From contig JARFUG010000007.1 in NCBI GenBank assembly GCA_029289095.1, positions 9,297 through 73,296 on the forward strand: a stretch of 64,000 nt of DNA, given 5' to 3'. The notes below the pieces were generated by a model. That model saw nothing but the letters and a program-made list of their open reading frames with translations, was not told the DNA's origin and searched no databases. The DNA comes from Desulfuromonadales bacterium. GTDB taxonomy: Bacteria > Desulfobacterota > Desulfuromonadia > Desulfuromonadales > JACZKF01. Positions within the stretch are counted from its first letter, which is position 1; each line of letters begins with the position of its first letter. The translations under genes were made by a program, and so were the position numbers. Shown here one piece after another: positions 61,944 to 64,000 of the stretch.

Positions 61944-63575
61944 TCACACTCTGAACCGGCTGGTGATCTCCTTGAGCCGCTCTCCCAGCCTGTGAAGCTC
62001 CACGGCGGCGTTTTCAGTCTGCTTCGTTCCCGAGACGTGCTGCCCAGTGGCGATTTTTATGTTCTGCATCGCGGTGGCGATCTGGTCCATTCCCATGAGC
62101 TGTTCCTTGCTCGATGCGGCGATCTGCAAAGAGGCGGTCGCCGCCTCCTCGACGGTGTCGGTCAAAGTGCGGATCGCCTCGCCTGCACGGGACGATTGCC
62201 GCATTCCCGTCTCCACCGCCCGCGCTCCCTGCTCCGTCGCCATGACCGAGGCCGAGGTCGCCTTCTGGATGTCTCCGAGGATGGAGCGGACCTGGGCCGT
62301 CGCCTGCTTCGACTGCCCGGCAAGATGACGCACTTCCTGGGCGACCACGGCGAACCCCTTGCCGTGCTCTCCCGCCTTGGCCGCCTCGATGGCGGCGTTG
62401 ACCGCAAGCAGATTCGACTGTTCGGCCAGATCGTTGACGGTGTTGATGATCTCGCCGATCGCCTGGCTCAGTTCGCTCAGCCGGACGATGCTGTCGGTCA
62501 CCGCTTCCATCTGCCCCATGATCCGGCGCATCCCCTCCACAGCCTCCTCCACCGCCTCACGTCCTGTCACCGAGGCCTGGACCGCCCTCTGGGAGACTTC
62601 GGCCACATGGTTGGACTTGTCCGAAGCCAGGTGAACCGTCTGCTTGACCTGCTCGACCGTAGCCGTCGTCTCGCTGACGGCGGCGGCCGTTTCAGAGGCG
62701 CCCGAGGCGATCTGGGAGCTGGTCGCCAGGATCTGGCTTCCCGATGAGGCCAGAACGTTCGTCCCTTCCAGGATCTCCGTTACCAGCTCGCGCAGGTTCT
62801 CCACCATCACAGCGATGTCGTTGCCGAGTTTTCCGAACTCATCGGCGCGCTCTTCCCTGCGGATGTCGACGACAAGGTTGCCGGCGGAAATCTCCCGGAT
62901 CTGGGAACTGACGCGCCCCAGAGGGTCGGTGATCAGTCGGGTGAGGACCGAGGCGAGATAGATTCCGACGCCGACGGCCGCTGCGCCGATGCCGATGAAA
63001 ATCAGGACGGCATTTCGGGACTGCGCCTGCATCTGGGCCATCGAGCCTTCGGCCCTCAGTCGGGCGCTCCCTTCCATCTGGTCGAGCAGCGACCGGATGC
63101 GCTGGTAAAGAGGATCCTGGACTTCGGTGACGATGTTGAAGGCGTCATCCATCCGCCCCTCGCGCAGGGCCGGAAAGAGGATCTCACGCCGAATGCGAAG
63201 AAACTCCGCGTATGCCCGGCGAAATTCGCTGAAAGGCTCCTGGATCTCCGGGGCCTCCCCCATGTACGCCTCCAGTTCGGCCTGGATCCGGATGGCAGAG
63301 TCCATGACGTCCTGCATCCGTACGATGCCCTCTTCGATCTCCTCACCGGTAAAAGTCATGGTGAGCACCCTCGCGCGGTTCTGGTGAAAAAGGGCTTCCA
63401 GGTTGTAGAGATTGATCAGCGCGCGGACATCGCGATGATAGAGGTGATCCTGGCGCTCAACGAAGGAAAGAAGGATCCAGGAAGCGATGACGATCAGAAG
63501 CCCCAGGAGCGTCGCCTGCAGAAGAAAGTTCAGCAAAAGCTTTTTTCGGGTCGGCATGTCGATGAATCGAGGCAT
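61944..63575 (-). CDS. Methyl-accepting chemotaxis protein (4-helix-bundle sensor, HAMP, MA domain)
   Basis: Two TM helices, a HAMP domain (ITDPLGRVSSQIREISAGNL...DEFGKL), and the highly conserved signalling hairpin (AEQSNLLAVNAAIEAAKAGEHGKGFAVVAQEVRHLA). Confidence 0.9.
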   Translation of the reverse strand: MPRFIDMPTRKKLLLNFLLQATLLGLLIVIASWILLSFVERQDHLYHRDVRALINLYNLEALFHQNRARVLTMTFTGEEIEEGIVRMQDVMDSAIRIQAELEAYMGEAPEIQEPFSEFRRAYAEFLRIRREILFPALREGRMDDAFNIVTEVQDPLYQRIRSLLDQMEGSARLRAEGSMAQMQAQSRNAVLIFIGIGAAAVGVGIYLASVLTRLITDPLGRVSSQIREISAGNLVVDIRREERADEFGKLGNDIAVMVENLRELVTEILEGTNVLASSGSQILATSSQIASGASETAAAVSETTATVEQVKQTVHLASDKSNHVAEVSQRAVQASVTGREAVEEAVEGMRRIMGQMEAVTDSIVRLSELSQAIGEIINTVNDLAEQSNLLAVNAAIEAAKAGEHGKGFAVVAQEVRHLAGQSKQATAQVRSILGDIQKATSASVMATEQGARAVETGMRQSSRAGEAIRTLTDTVEEAATASLQIAASSKEQLMGMDQIATAMQNIKIATGQHVSGTKQTENAAVELHRLGERLKEITSRFRV

Positions 63576-63592
63576 CGTTTATTCTTCCTCTC

Positions 63593-64000
63593 TCAGTCGG
63601 CGTTCTCCTTGCGCTCTACCCTCATCTGCGGCGATGACAGTAGAAGACGGGCGTCCAGAAGGCAGACCGCTCCCGGCAGGATCCCCCGCTGAAAACGCGT
63701 CGTTTTTTCCGCAACAGTGGTCAGAGGCGACTGGATCTCGTGGTGGAAAACCGTTCTGGCGGACTCGACTTCGGCGGCCAGAACGCCGAACGCCATCTTC
63801 CCGTCAGACAGAAGAAGGGCCGCTTTGGCTTCCTGGGCCGCTGCAGGAATATCGAGGACGAGGCTCAGGTCGACAACCGAGAGGATCGAGCCTCTCAGGT
63901 TGACGACCCCGGCGACGAAGGGGGGAGTGCAGGGGACCTTCACGATGGCGCGGGGGGTGAAGACCTCCTGCACCCAGGCGGCCTCAAAGGCCAGACGCTC
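63593..64000 (-). CDS. cheW: CheW-like coupling protein; 5' end lies beyond the window
   Basis: The frame is open to the window edge. Motifs include FAGVVNLRGSILSVVDL and KMAFGVLAAEV. Confidence 0.8.
   Translation of the reverse strand, partial: ERLAFEAAWVQEVFTPRAIVKVPCTPPFVAGVVNLRGSILSVVDLSLVLDIPAAAQEAKAALLLSDGKMAFGVLAAEVESARTVFHHEIQSPLTTVAEKTTRFQRGILPGAVCLLDARLLLSSPQMRVERKENAD

Noticed and set aside
1-64000. Search for CRISPR arrays, transposases, integrases, phage genes, toxin-antitoxin pairs and classical defence systems
   Set aside because: I found none. The only repeats are the short tandem arrays at 10963 and 12487 and the hairpins listed as features. No ORF shows DDE, tyrosine-recombinase, Cas, restriction-modification or abortive-infection motifs that I could recognise.

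Overview
This is a GC-rich (about 60%) chromosomal segment that looks like it comes from a Desulfuromonadales/Geobacter-type deltaproteobacterium. Supporting signs are a eukaryote-like citrate synthase, a Geobacter-type citramalate synthase next to lysC, many multiheme cytochromes and heavy use of sigma-54. All protein calls rest on motifs I recognise by eye; no database search was possible.

Positions 1-42 kb are mostly core genes:
- nnr, a CBS-domain protein, tsaE, lpd, lysC, cimA, comEA
- a FadB-like enzyme
- a 2-oxoacid dehydrogenase E1alpha/E1beta/E2 operon translationally coupled to a Lon-like protease
- a sigma-54-driven TAXI-TRAP transporter with a Usp gene
- ispE, tRNA-Gln, prs, rplY, pth, ychF
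- rpsF, rpsR, a DUF2232 protein, rplI, dnaB
- dusB-ntrB-ntrC
- citrate synthase, methyltransferases, a cyclophilin, and an OmpA/DUF4398 envelope cluster

The most interesting part is 42.4-57.4 kb. A regulatory core of sigma-54 activator, hybrid histidine kinase and second sigma-54 activator is flanked by two divergent predicted sigma-54 operons. Each operon opens with the same unannotated module: a small signal-peptide/single-TM protein, a receiver domain lacking the phospho-acceptor Asp, then a second small TM protein. Each module is followed by a different quinol-cytochrome complex:
- a heptaheme cytochrome c plus cytochrome b (CbcBA-like), where the heptaheme protein carries a canonical EF-hand
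- a c3-type cytochrome plus an FeS subunit plus an NrfD-like subunit, followed by a heme-c/HAMP sensor with no output domain

The window ends in a chemosensory operon: cheW, an MCP, a cheA-REC fusion, cheB and a REC-histidine kinase. I found no CRISPR arrays, transposases, integrases or prophage genes.
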